Source of the DNA: a virus
Direction: 5' to 3' (one strand)
DNA length: 64,000 nt
Virus record (IMG/VR): IMGVR_UViG_3300031369_000001
Coordinates: 38,615 to 102,614 of that record
A program made the position numbers and the translations under genes. Positions 37,585-47,339 of this stretch are shown one piece after another (position 1 is the stretch's first letter; each line of letters begins with the position of its first letter). The notes beneath the pieces were generated by a model that saw only the letters and a list, made by a program, of their open reading frames with translations, ran no database searches and had not been told where the DNA came from.

Positions 37585-38606
37585 GTATTATGATGCTAGG
37601 TAAAGGTGTTCGTACACAAAATGGAATTCCGGTTAGATTTAGAAGAGAAAATAGTAATCCGAATGGGCTATTATTAAAAGCAGTGGTAATTGCCACCTAT
37701 GTAACTGATTCAGAGGAACACCCTAAAATTAATGACACAATAAATACTCCTAGTGTTGTATATTGCGATGTAGTTGTTTATTCCAATATGCCTTATTGCA
37801 GATGGTTTCCTTTATCTAAAGTATTAGTTTCTCAAAAAAGAGGTGGAATACATAATGACAATATTTGGAAACCTAAAGCAGTTAGTAAAAATATATCAGG
37901 AGATTTTAATTCTACTATAGGAGCTAATCCGGGTTCCTTGGATGGAGATCATGTATTAATAGGTTTTATTAATAATTCTTTTAATGAACCAATTATTATA
38001 CGAGGGATACCTCATCCTTCACGTGATATTTATAATGAAGAAAATGAATTAGGAAAGCGTATTAAACTTAAGCTAGTGGATGGAGATCCAGATTTAGTTA
38101 AACATCATGGGGTTTTTCATGGAGTAACAGATTCTGGTGATTATGTAGTAAATACGGTTTACGCTAATGATGGCATTACGGATGATTTAGGAAAAGAGCC
38201 TTTACCATCGATTACAGGTGAAACAGGTAATCAAATACATAGTTTACCTGAGAATAGCAAGTATTCTATAGAATTTAAAAATGTGTCTGATCCTATAAAC
38301 CCAGTAAACGTAGTTACCTTAGTTATTAAAGCTGTTGACAATAATATAGAAGTATTTAAAGATGGGGAAAATGTTATAACGATAAATGATTCCGGTTTAT
38401 CTTCTATATTGCAATTAGGAAATGGTGCTGTATCTGTAGCTATTGCTACACATTTAAAAACTTTGTATAACAATTTATATAATGCAATTTTTTCACATGT
38501 TCACCCTGTAGGAAGCCCAAATACTGGGTCACCTATTTTTTCTTCTCCTTTACCTATTTGGGATATATCTATTGAAAGTGATAGGTTGACAATTCCTGAT
38601 AATTGA
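37581..38606 (+). CDS. Baseplate central spike (gpV/gp5-like)
   Basis: GDHVLIGF OB-fold signature; C-terminal HVH metal-binding tip. Confidence 0.75.
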   Translation: MSIMMLGKGVRTQNGIPVRFRRENSNPNGLLLKAVVIATYVTDSEEHPKINDTINTPSVVYCDVVVYSNMPYCRWFPLSKVLVSQKRGGIHNDNIWKPKAVSKNISGDFNSTIGANPGSLDGDHVLIGFINNSFNEPIIIRGIPHPSRDIYNEENELGKRIKLKLVDGDPDLVKHHGVFHGVTDSGDYVVNTVYANDGITDDLGKEPLPSITGETGNQIHSLPENSKYSIEFKNVSDPINPVNVVTLVIKAVDNNIEVFKDGENVITINDSGLSSILQLGNGAVSVAIATHLKTLYNNLYNAIFSHVHPVGSPNTGSPIFSSPLPIWDISIESDRLTIPDN

Positions 38607-38620
38607 GGATTATTATAATC

Positions 38621-40624
38621 ATGACTGTAAGTACGCTTGAATATATAAAAGAAGAAGTAAGACAGCAAAAAACAGGGGATACAAATTTCCTAAAAAGATT
38701 TTTATATTTCTTTGAATTAATTGTTCCATCTGAAAAAGTTAAAAATCAAGAGTCTTTGAATTTTTTATTTCCATTGATTCTTCCCCCTGAATCAATAATG
38801 TTAGAAGAACCATTTTCTGTAGAAGAGACTGAAACACAAATGGGGGGATTGTTCATTGAGGAAAATGGTATTATAAAAAGAAATTTAACTATTAAAGGTC
38901 ACACAGGATTTCAGCCTAGATTACTAAGGTCGTCTAATACTAATCCATTAAAAAGTGCTGCTAGAGCATCATTGGGTTCGTTTATTCCTGGTTCAGAAAT
39001 AGGTAAACCAGATCTTAAATCCCTAGAAACGGTTTCATATTCTAGAAAATTACCTATAAAAGTATTAGCTGCTATATCAGGTCACAGGCATTTTCAATAT
39101 TTACAAGATTCTGTATTTAGGACATATGCGGATTTAAAAAAAGATCCAGCTTCTGCAATGGGTACTTCTTTGCGATTTCATAATCCAAAGGATGATGAAC
39201 ATTGGGAAGTAGTTCCTAAAAAATTTACGTTAGAAAGAGATGCTTCTAAAAATAGGTTTTTATATTATTACACAATTGAATTAACAGTAGTTGGTCCTGC
39301 TAAAGAAATTGATTTTGACTATATTGAAGACAAAACATTACTAGAGCAATTTACTGATGTATTACGAATCGCTAAAAAAGGTCTAGATTTAACTACTGGT
39401 TCCGTTCAAGATTTGATTCGTTTACAAGGAGAACTTCGATCTTCTATTAGCAATATCGCAGTTCTTATTGATTCAGTTACAGCTATTAATTCAGCTGTAG
39501 ATGATTTTGTAAAAGGTAATAAACGATTAATTGATTCTACACATTCAATTGTTCTTAGCACTATGGATTTAATTGATTCAACCTTAAATACTTATAACAA
39601 ATTATCTAGATCTGGTAATGTTAGACAAATTCCTGAACCGGTTGTGCAGTCCATTAGAAGTTTGAATAAAGGATTGGAATTAATCTCTGTAAATCCTTCT
39701 ATATTTGCTAATGACACTGTTACCAAAGTTGAGAATATTAAAAAGCGTCAAAATAGATACAATTTATCAATAGATAGAATTAATGCTGCTTTAGATAGTG
39801 ATTCACCTACTACCTTTGATGAATTAAAAAGTAAAGGTACTGGTTTAACTAAAGGGGATGCCATTGCAATTAATGGAGAATTAGAAATAGGTAATGATAT
39901 ATTTCAGTATACCAGTATTGAAAGAGTTCAAATTTCTTCAGGAGATACTTTAACTTCTTTAGCTGCTAAACATATGGGGAATGCTAGATTATGGCAATAT
40001 ATTGCTATAATTAATGGATTAACTTATCCATTTTCAAGTGACATAGCTTCTCGTGATTTATCTAAAAAAAGTGAGGAACATCCATTTAATTCTTCTTTGG
40101 GTATTGGTGATTTTATACTTATTCCATCTAATAATACTCCTATTCAAGATTATATAGGTACGTCAATATTAGGAACATTCCTTACAGAACCTTTAGAACA
40201 TCATTTATTTGGTACTAATTTTGCTTTAGACCCAATTTACAATAAATTAAATGATACGAATATATATACAAATAATCGTATTAAATACGATATACCTATA
40301 AATAAAGAAAAAGGAAGTATGGATGTTAAATTAGTTAGGGATCTTCCTAATCTAATACAAGCAATTATACTTCGTATAATCGTAGAAAAAGGATCTGCTA
40401 TTTTATATAAAAAATTTGGATTAAATAGGATTGTAAGCTTAGGATTTACTCCATCCGATTTAGAAAATGCTAAATACAGAATAAGAGAAGCAATATTATC
40501 AGATGCTAGAATTGATAGTATTGAACAATTAACTTTAGTACAAGAAGAAGATGGTTTAAAATGCGATTTATCTATTTCAGTAAAGGGCTTCAATACGTCA
40601 GTTCCTTTACGTTTTACCGTATAA
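38621..40624 (+). CDS. Tube initiator + LysM + gp25-like wedge fusion
   Basis: GDTLTSLAAKHMGNARLWQYIAIIN (LysM); NLIQAI..R...ILSDARI (gp25/W-like). Confidence 0.7.
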   Translation: MTVSTLEYIKEEVRQQKTGDTNFLKRFLYFFELIVPSEKVKNQESLNFLFPLILPPESIMLEEPFSVEETETQMGGLFIEENGIIKRNLTIKGHTGFQPRLLRSSNTNPLKSAARASLGSFIPGSEIGKPDLKSLETVSYSRKLPIKVLAAISGHRHFQYLQDSVFRTYADLKKDPASAMGTSLRFHNPKDDEHWEVVPKKFTLERDASKNRFLYYYTIELTVVGPAKEIDFDYIEDKTLLEQFTDVLRIAKKGLDLTTGSVQDLIRLQGELRSSISNIAVLIDSVTAINSAVDDFVKGNKRLIDSTHSIVLSTMDLIDSTLNTYNKLSRSGNVRQIPEPVVQSIRSLNKGLELISVNPSIFANDTVTKVENIKKRQNRYNLSIDRINAALDSDSPTTFDELKSKGTGLTKGDAIAINGELEIGNDIFQYTSIERVQISSGDTLTSLAAKHMGNARLWQYIAIINGLTYPFSSDIASRDLSKKSEEHPFNSSLGIGDFILIPSNNTPIQDYIGTSILGTFLTEPLEHHLFGTNFALDPIYNKLNDTNIYTNNRIKYDIPINKEKGSMDVKLVRDLPNLIQAIILRIIVEKGSAILYKKFGLNRIVSLGFTPSDLENAKYRIREAILSDARIDSIEQLTLVQEEDGLKCDLSISVKGFNTSVPLRFTV

Positions 40625-40633
40625 GGTGTAAGA

Positions 40634-42061
40634 ATGGCTAGATTTGTATTAAAGCGTTATGAACAAATATTAGCGGGTATGATTGCTAAATTAGTTGCTA
40701 GAACGGAATTGAATGATCTATTTGATTCTTCTACAGTTAAACATTTATTATCTGCTGCTGCGATGAGTGATGACGAGCAATATTATCAAATATCTTTGAT
40801 TTTATTATTGAACGATATTGATAATGTTGAAAGTGATGATTTAGATGATTTTGCTCAAATATTATCTAATATGACAAACGATGGAGAAACACTTTTACGT
40901 AGACAAAGCAGTAGGTCAGTAGGCACTGTAGTATTTTCTAGGAATATAGTTAGTGGGTCTATAACTAAAGAAGCAGGAATTATTATAAAGACTAATTCGG
41001 GGGTATCTTTTAGAACAACATCTGGATTTACCATTAATTCAGGAGATCCTTCAGTTTTATCAGGACATACAACTGGTCAAGATTCTTCCCCTATTCCTAT
41101 ACAATCCTTATTATTAGGAGAAACTAATAATGTATCAGCAAATACTATAATTAAATTTGCTAATAAACCTATTGGAATTGATTCAGTAATTAATTTATCA
41201 GATACTTTATTAGGAAAAGATAAAGAAAGTGATGATCAATATAGAAAACGTATTAAAGGTTATATTAATTCTTTAGTTAGATCTACTCCACATGCGATGG
41301 AAAATGCGGTATTAGGATTATCTGATTCCATTACTGGGTCAGTTATATTATTCGCTAAATTAATTGAAGATATCGTTAATTTAGGAAATTGCATTTTATA
41401 TATAGATGATGGTACAGGCTATGCCCAAAGTACTGAAGAAATATTAGGGGAAAACGTAACATATGGTTTAGCTGGGCCTCCTGCTAATTCTGCTGTAGGA
41501 GGGGAAACTTATTTATTTTTAGATAATATTGCTATAAATGAAGATGCGCCTTTTATTCTTACTAGTTCAATTAGGGGGGTATTAGTAAAAGATGTTGATT
41601 TTTACTATGATTCATCTAGAGGCCAAATCAATTTTATAACGGCATTAAGCGCTGGTGAGGTTATTACTGGAGACTATACAAAATATACAGGAATAATAGA
41701 ATTAGCACAAAAAGTAATAAATGGTGTTCCTTCGGATAGACTTAATTACCCTGGTTATAGAGGAGGGGGGGTAAGAGTAAAAGTTAAAGCTCCTCAAGTA
41801 TTAATTGTAAACATTGAAGGAAGTATTGTAGTTCAAGAAGGTTATGATACTGACATTGTATATGATAATGCTGAAAGTGCTATTTTACGTTATATAAATA
41901 CTTTAGATATATCTGGTGACGTAATAGTGTCATCTTTAATCACTGTAATTAAAAATGTAGAAGGTGTATATGATGTAGCTATTATTACTCCGTCTAATAA
42001 TATTCCTATATTAGATGATCAATTAGCTAGGACTACTATTAACAATGTGAGTATACGATGA
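40634..42061 (+). CDS. Baseplate J-like wedge protein
   Basis: G.DKESDDQYRKRI, YIDDGTG, YRGGGV.V.V, VEGVYDV. Confidence 0.9.
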   Translation: MARFVLKRYEQILAGMIAKLVARTELNDLFDSSTVKHLLSAAAMSDDEQYYQISLILLLNDIDNVESDDLDDFAQILSNMTNDGETLLRRQSSRSVGTVVFSRNIVSGSITKEAGIIIKTNSGVSFRTTSGFTINSGDPSVLSGHTTGQDSSPIPIQSLLLGETNNVSANTIIKFANKPIGIDSVINLSDTLLGKDKESDDQYRKRIKGYINSLVRSTPHAMENAVLGLSDSITGSVILFAKLIEDIVNLGNCILYIDDGTGYAQSTEEILGENVTYGLAGPPANSAVGGETYLFLDNIAINEDAPFILTSSIRGVLVKDVDFYYDSSRGQINFITALSAGEVITGDYTKYTGIIELAQKVINGVPSDRLNYPGYRGGGVRVKVKAPQVLIVNIEGSIVVQEGYDTDIVYDNAESAILRYINTLDISGDVIVSSLITVIKNVEGVYDVAIITPSNNIPILDDQLARTTINNVSIR

Positions 42062-42462
42062 CTTTTTCAATAAATTCTGTAGATAAATCAGAAATATTTA
42101 ATGATGGAGGCTATGAACTAATTATTTCTGGGGTATTAGAACAAGGATCGTCTTATAATGTATTTATTGGTGATTTTTTAAATGATGACGACGCTAAATG
42201 TTATTCTGGTATACCTGAACAAGGTAATATTATTTATCCTGAATTAGATAATACTTTGTATGTGTATACTCCTTTATTAAATATAGCGGATAGTAGTCCT
42301 TATTCAATTACTGTCGTCAACATAGATACTTTAGAAACAAGAAGTATATTAAATTGTCTTTATGTTAGAAATAAGCAATTTTGTTCTAAGGTATATACCT
42401 ATAGAAATAATTTATTTAGTAATTATGAATTAGGTCCTATGAACATAACTGAAGAGAATTAG
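42058..42462 (+). CDS. IPT/Ig-like baseplate-associated protein
   Basis: INSV.......GG.EL.ISG pattern. Confidence 0.45.
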   Translation: MTFSINSVDKSEIFNDGGYELIISGVLEQGSSYNVFIGDFLNDDDAKCYSGIPEQGNIIYPELDNTLYVYTPLLNIADSSPYSITVVNIDTLETRSILNCLYVRNKQFCSKVYTYRNNLFSNYELGPMNITEEN

Positions 42463-42471
42463 GAGATAATT

Positions 42472-45400
42472 ATGGCCGTCAATATTATTATAGCAGTAGC
42501 AGGACAAGGATCGGGTAGTGGTGGAGAATCTAGATCGTTTCCATATTCTTTGATAATATCAGATCCTACACCTTTAGTTACTCTAAGTTTATCCGATACA
42601 ACGGGAGTAACTAGTTATTTTTGGGAATTACTTAATCAACCACCTTTTGCTACTGCCGTATTATCTAGTCAAAGTGCTAGTAATCCAACATTTACTCCTA
42701 CATCTACTAGGTGGGGTACTTATCTTATTAGGTGCACCATTATTAGAAATGGTGTTCAAGAAATAGATGAAATAGGTTTAAGTTTTAGAACACCTAATCA
42801 TGATTTACGATTTCCCGCAGCAGGGGAAAAAGTTGAATTTGATTTAGATGATGGATGGGCATTAGCTGAATTTTATTTTTGGCAATATGTTGATAATCTA
42901 TCTATTGGAGGAGGAGGTAGTAGCTATTGGGAAAGGGTGAGTACTATTTTATCTCCTGCTACAAATGGGGATACTATTCAAGTAGGAAGTGGAAGCGCTT
43001 CTTCTCCTTCTTACAGCTACGAATCTGATATAGATACCGGTAGGCGTTTATATAATACAGGAATAGAGGCTTTTACCGTAGGTGGTGTAGACCAATTATT
43101 ATTTGGAAATGATAGTGGTCCCTATATAAAAGCGGCAGATAATCATCAATATTTGAAAATTGGAAATTATAAAACTACCTCTGGTGGATATTCTCAAGTG
43201 GTAATAGAGGGGGTAGGTCATACTAATAATTCAGGGGGTAAGGCTACTATACAAGCAACTGCTCCAACTGGAAAAATTAGTGAATTGGATTTATTATCTA
43301 CTAATATTAGTGGTAGTTCGACAATAAATGTAACATCAAATAGTGGATCATCTATTAGTAGTCCTTCTATTGTGGCTATTAGGTCAGAAGGGCAAGGTCC
43401 TACTAGTTTAACATTAGTTGCAAGTTCTTCTGTTAACGATGTAAATAGTTTGATTAGTTTAAGTAGTACTTCATTAGTTGGGGATTCTTCTATAACTATA
43501 GGAGCGCATGCTCCTATAGGAAATAGTTATATTGCTATAGGTAATAGTAATACACAACAAATTCGATTCACTGATAAAAATTTAGATGATTCTACATATC
43601 CTAATACTTATTGGGCGTTATCTTCTATAGCAGATAATTGGGATGATTTAAATAGTAATTATGGTACGCAAACTTTAGTAGAAATACTTAATACTTTACA
43701 TGACTCAATCGCCTTAACTATTTCTGCTGGCATAGGTATAAGTGCTCCATTAGCAGGAGGGGTGTACACTATATCAGTGCATGATGCTCCTTCAACAGAA
43801 ATCGATTTCAATGTATTATCTGGACATGCTCCTACTGCTTACGCATTGCAAACATATCTTAATTTCGTACAAGGTCCTACGAAACTAAGTTCCACTGATG
43901 GCCTTATTTCAGATGGGGGTAGTGGAACAATAGATATTAGTGCATTAAATGGTTTAGTGAAGTCCTCTAATACAGAAAATGCAAATACTGTTTTTGCTAA
44001 TTGGACCTCTGTTACTGCTTTAAGTATTACTAATAATGATGTAAGTAGTATTGTAGCTAATTATGCTGCTACCCCTACTATTACTGCTAGTACTGATTTA
44101 TCTAGCTCACTTGCTTTAAATAAAATTTTACTTTCTTTAGTAAAAAGAGAAAGCACTTCTATTGAATATCTCAACATAGACGCACAAGGTTCTGATTTAG
44201 GATATGGTATTAATGAAAAATCTATTATTAAAAATAATTATAAGCCTGAATACGGGACGGGTATAATTATTAGTGGAACTGGTACTCGTAATTTAGCTAT
44301 AACTTCTGGATGGATGTATTGGGGTTTATCTAAGGTAGTGTCTTCTGTTTTTGATTCTAGTTCATCAGATACATGGTCTAATTTTTATACAACAGATAGT
44401 GGGACTACTTGGACAAAAGTTACTAGCCAAACTCAAATAGATAATGCTAATTACAATAATATTGCTAGTGGATTAAGCGCTTTAGGTGCGAGTGAATATG
44501 GTTTATTTTGGATATATCGTAATTACTCTAATACGGATATATATGTTGTTTACGGAATTGCATCTTATGCAACATTAGATGCAGCAAAAGAAGTTCCTAC
44601 TCCTTCTTTAGTTCCTTGGCAGGTTAATGAATTTTCCTATTTAATAGGAAGAGTAATTACTCAACAAGGAACAGACACACTTGACGTTACTTCTATATTT
44701 ATTGATGAAATTGCAGGAGGAACCGTTAGTGTACATAATCTTTTAAGCCTTATTCAAGGAGGAACGTCTAATCAACGTTACCATTTGACAGAAACACAGC
44801 ATAATGATTTAACCACAAATATGCCTTTAGATCCCATTAGCGTTATATTTACAGATGGGTCTAATCAATTAGCTACGCATGCGAATTTGAAATATAGTCC
44901 TGGAGGAACTACGGGCTATTTGAATTTTACAATTGCTGGATCTTCTACAGCGGCAGGTTCTATTGTTTCTTCAGCTATAGATGGGAGTACTTCTTTAGGT
45001 ATGGTTTCTACTAGTGTAGGGACATCAGGTGGTGCATCAGTTATTTCTATAGAAGCCAAAGGTAATGATGGTACAGGAAGTTACGGTATTTATACTAATC
45101 CACAAGGAGAGCATAGGTGGGAAATAGATGGGGAACCTCTTTTATATCTAAATTTTGTATCTTCAGAGCATTCAAGATTAACTGGTAAGCAAAAATATTT
45201 AGATATATACAATACTCATACAACGCCTAGTACTGATGAAGATTCCACTATATTAATTACTAATACTGCTTATGATACTGCGAATATTACTATTGAGAAT
45301 AGTGCGACTAATTCTAGTGGTTCAGTTAGTACTTCTATAAAATCGTTGTTACCCGATGGAGCAGCTAGTATTGATATATTATCGGATAGTTCTAATACTT

Positions 45401-46623
45401 CGGGTGGGAGTTCTGTAGTTACGGTAAAGGCTACTGGAAATAGTGGATCATCCACTTTACAATTAGATACTGATGTATATTTTAAAATAGATGATGTTGC
45501 TGTATTTAAAATATCTGATTTTACAGATCCTAATGATGAAACTGAATTGTCTATTCCAGGAGGCACTGGAGATAGAACTTTATATATACGTAATTTGCAA
45601 ACTAATGGGTCGGCTTATACATCAATTATAAATAAATCTATTGCTACAGATTCTGGTAGTACTGAAGCAGGTTTAGGATTTATTTGTGAATCAACCGAAG
45701 ATAGCGTAGATGCTTATATTCAGATAGCCGCTACCACTACAGGAGCAAATGCAAATGCTGATATAGACATTGTTTCTCAAGTAGGAAGTGGGGATGGAAC
45801 TAGAAAATCAGCAGTACGTTTTCAATATGATAATCCTTCAGCAGTTGATTCATCAGTATCAATACTAGAATCAACTGCTAAAGCAGACGATTCTATTTAT
45901 GCTAGATTTAAAACAGTGGCTGGTAATTATGGACCCCTTGGTGGATTTATAGAAATAGAATCTACAGGAAGTTTATCAATAGATTCTTCTTCAGGAAATT
46001 TTACTTTTGGAAGTTTACTTACAATTGATTCACCTATTACTAGAGTAGAATCTCCTAAATTTGTAGTAGGTGTAAATTGTACCATGAACCATGGTAATTA
46101 CGCTAGGGGCTACGGGGAGTACGTTTCTACTATATTTGAAGGAGCAAGTCATTTTAGTTTAGATAGAAAGGATACTAATAGCGGTAGTGTGATGGGGGGG
46201 AACGGGCTAATACTCACAGTAGCGACTAGTGGAAATGAGACAGCACATTTTAGATACAAATTATCAGATTCTCAGGATGATTCTTATACTCCTTTTAAGA
46301 TACCTGAAAATAGAATTATTTGTATCAGTGGTACAGTAGTCTCTTCTTGTACAGGTTCACATATAGATGCAATTTATGTTCAGAAATTTAATTGGGTTTT
46401 ATGGAATTCTACATATCATGCCGATGAACCTGGAGACGGTGCTTTAGTTGTGTTAGATAGGGCTAGCTGGTTACCTACTATTAGTGTTGATTATATTGCT
46501 ACAGATGGATGGTTTAATTTAGATGTTACCGTTTCTGGCGCATCAGTGGGCGATACTGTTTTACATGTTTGTCATATCACTGAATTTACAGTTGCGGAAA
46601 CAGCTTATGTAGCATCAAGTTAA
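42472..46623 (+). CDS. Tail fibre / receptor-binding protein (1383 aa)
   Basis: S/T/G-rich mosaic with N-terminal PKD-like region; position. Confidence 0.7.
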   Translation: MAVNIIIAVAGQGSGSGGESRSFPYSLIISDPTPLVTLSLSDTTGVTSYFWELLNQPPFATAVLSSQSASNPTFTPTSTRWGTYLIRCTIIRNGVQEIDEIGLSFRTPNHDLRFPAAGEKVEFDLDDGWALAEFYFWQYVDNLSIGGGGSSYWERVSTILSPATNGDTIQVGSGSASSPSYSYESDIDTGRRLYNTGIEAFTVGGVDQLLFGNDSGPYIKAADNHQYLKIGNYKTTSGGYSQVVIEGVGHTNNSGGKATIQATAPTGKISELDLLSTNISGSSTINVTSNSGSSISSPSIVAIRSEGQGPTSLTLVASSSVNDVNSLISLSSTSLVGDSSITIGAHAPIGNSYIAIGNSNTQQIRFTDKNLDDSTYPNTYWALSSIADNWDDLNSNYGTQTLVEILNTLHDSIALTISAGIGISAPLAGGVYTISVHDAPSTEIDFNVLSGHAPTAYALQTYLNFVQGPTKLSSTDGLISDGGSGTIDISALNGLVKSSNTENANTVFANWTSVTALSITNNDVSSIVANYAATPTITASTDLSSSLALNKILLSLVKRESTSIEYLNIDAQGSDLGYGINEKSIIKNNYKPEYGTGIIISGTGTRNLAITSGWMYWGLSKVVSSVFDSSSSDTWSNFYTTDSGTTWTKVTSQTQIDNANYNNIASGLSALGASEYGLFWIYRNYSNTDIYVVYGIASYATLDAAKEVPTPSLVPWQVNEFSYLIGRVITQQGTDTLDVTSIFIDEIAGGTVSVHNLLSLIQGGTSNQRYHLTETQHNDLTTNMPLDPISVIFTDGSNQLATHANLKYSPGGTTGYLNFTIAGSSTAAGSIVSSAIDGSTSLGMVSTSVGTSGGASVISIEAKGNDGTGSYGIYTNPQGEHRWEIDGEPLLYLNFVSSEHSRLTGKQKYLDIYNTHTTPSTDEDSTILITNTAYDTANITIENSATNSSGSVSTSIKSLLPDGAASIDILSDSSNTSGGSSVVTVKATGNSGSSTLQLDTDVYFKIDDVAVFKISDFTDPNDETELSIPGGTGDRTLYIRNLQTNGSAYTSIINKSIATDSGSTEAGLGFICESTEDSVDAYIQIAATTTGANANADIDIVSQVGSGDGTRKSAVRFQYDNPSAVDSSVSILESTAKADDSIYARFKTVAGNYGPLGGFIEIESTGSLSIDSSSGNFTFGSLLTIDSPITRVESPKFVVGVNCTMNHGNYARGYGEYVSTIFEGASHFSLDRKDTNSGSVMGGNGLILTVATSGNETAHFRYKLSDSQDDSYTPFKIPENRIICISGTVVSSCTGSHIDAIYVQKFNWVLWNSTYHADEPGDGALVVLDRASWLPTISVDYIATDGWFNLDVTVSGASVGDTVLHVCHITEFTVAETAYVASS

Positions 46624-47327
46624 TGATTATTAGTAATGCCCCAATTCGTTGTATAAATATGAGTAAATCTACTGACAGGATACTTCATATTTTATCAATG
46701 TTTAATGAAGTTAAGCGTATTACTGCTATTGACGGTATGCGATTTTCTAATAATAGTTTTGATGCATATAAAAGACCTAATTGGGATAATAATAAATATC
46801 CTATAAATTCAAAATATTTTTATATGTTCCCTACTACATATGCTTGTAATTTATCGCATATGAAAGCTTGGATAGATTTTATAGATAGTAAAGACGAATG
46901 GTCTATAATAATTGAAGATGATACTGAACCTGTTATGGATTTATCTAATATAGCTATACCAGATAGTTGTGATTTTTATTATTTAATAGGGGTAAATCAC
47001 CCCGGAAAAAGATTATTTTTATATGATGATGGGCAAGTCAAGTTTAGTAGAACTTTAGGGGCTTATTTGCTATCTAAAAAGGCCGCTATACTTTCGTTAG
47101 AGGCTATGAAACCTATTCATTATTTTCAAGCAGATTGGCAAATACCTTTTAGAATTTTTGAATCTATGAAAAATTGTAAAATACCCCAGCCTAATTGGGA
47201 TAATAAATTACCTACAATAAAAGCATATGGACAAAGAGAATCTATTATAAAACATTCACAATTTTCAAAGGTATCTACTTTTACAAAAGATGGAAGTAAA
47301 TCTTGGATACCAAATAGTTTGCTTTAA
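46623..47327 (+). CDS. Glycosyltransferase family 25-like
   Basis: CINM..S.DR, RITAIDG, ACNLSH.KAW, IIEDD, AYLLSKKAA. Confidence 0.8.
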   Translation: MIISNAPIRCINMSKSTDRILHILSMFNEVKRITAIDGMRFSNNSFDAYKRPNWDNNKYPINSKYFYMFPTTYACNLSHMKAWIDFIDSKDEWSIIIEDDTEPVMDLSNIAIPDSCDFYYLIGVNHPGKRLFLYDDGQVKFSRTLGAYLLSKKAAILSLEAMKPIHYFQADWQIPFRIFESMKNCKIPQPNWDNKLPTIKAYGQRESIIKHSQFSKVSTFTKDGSKSWIPNSLL

Positions 47328-47339
47328 AGGAAATTTTAG

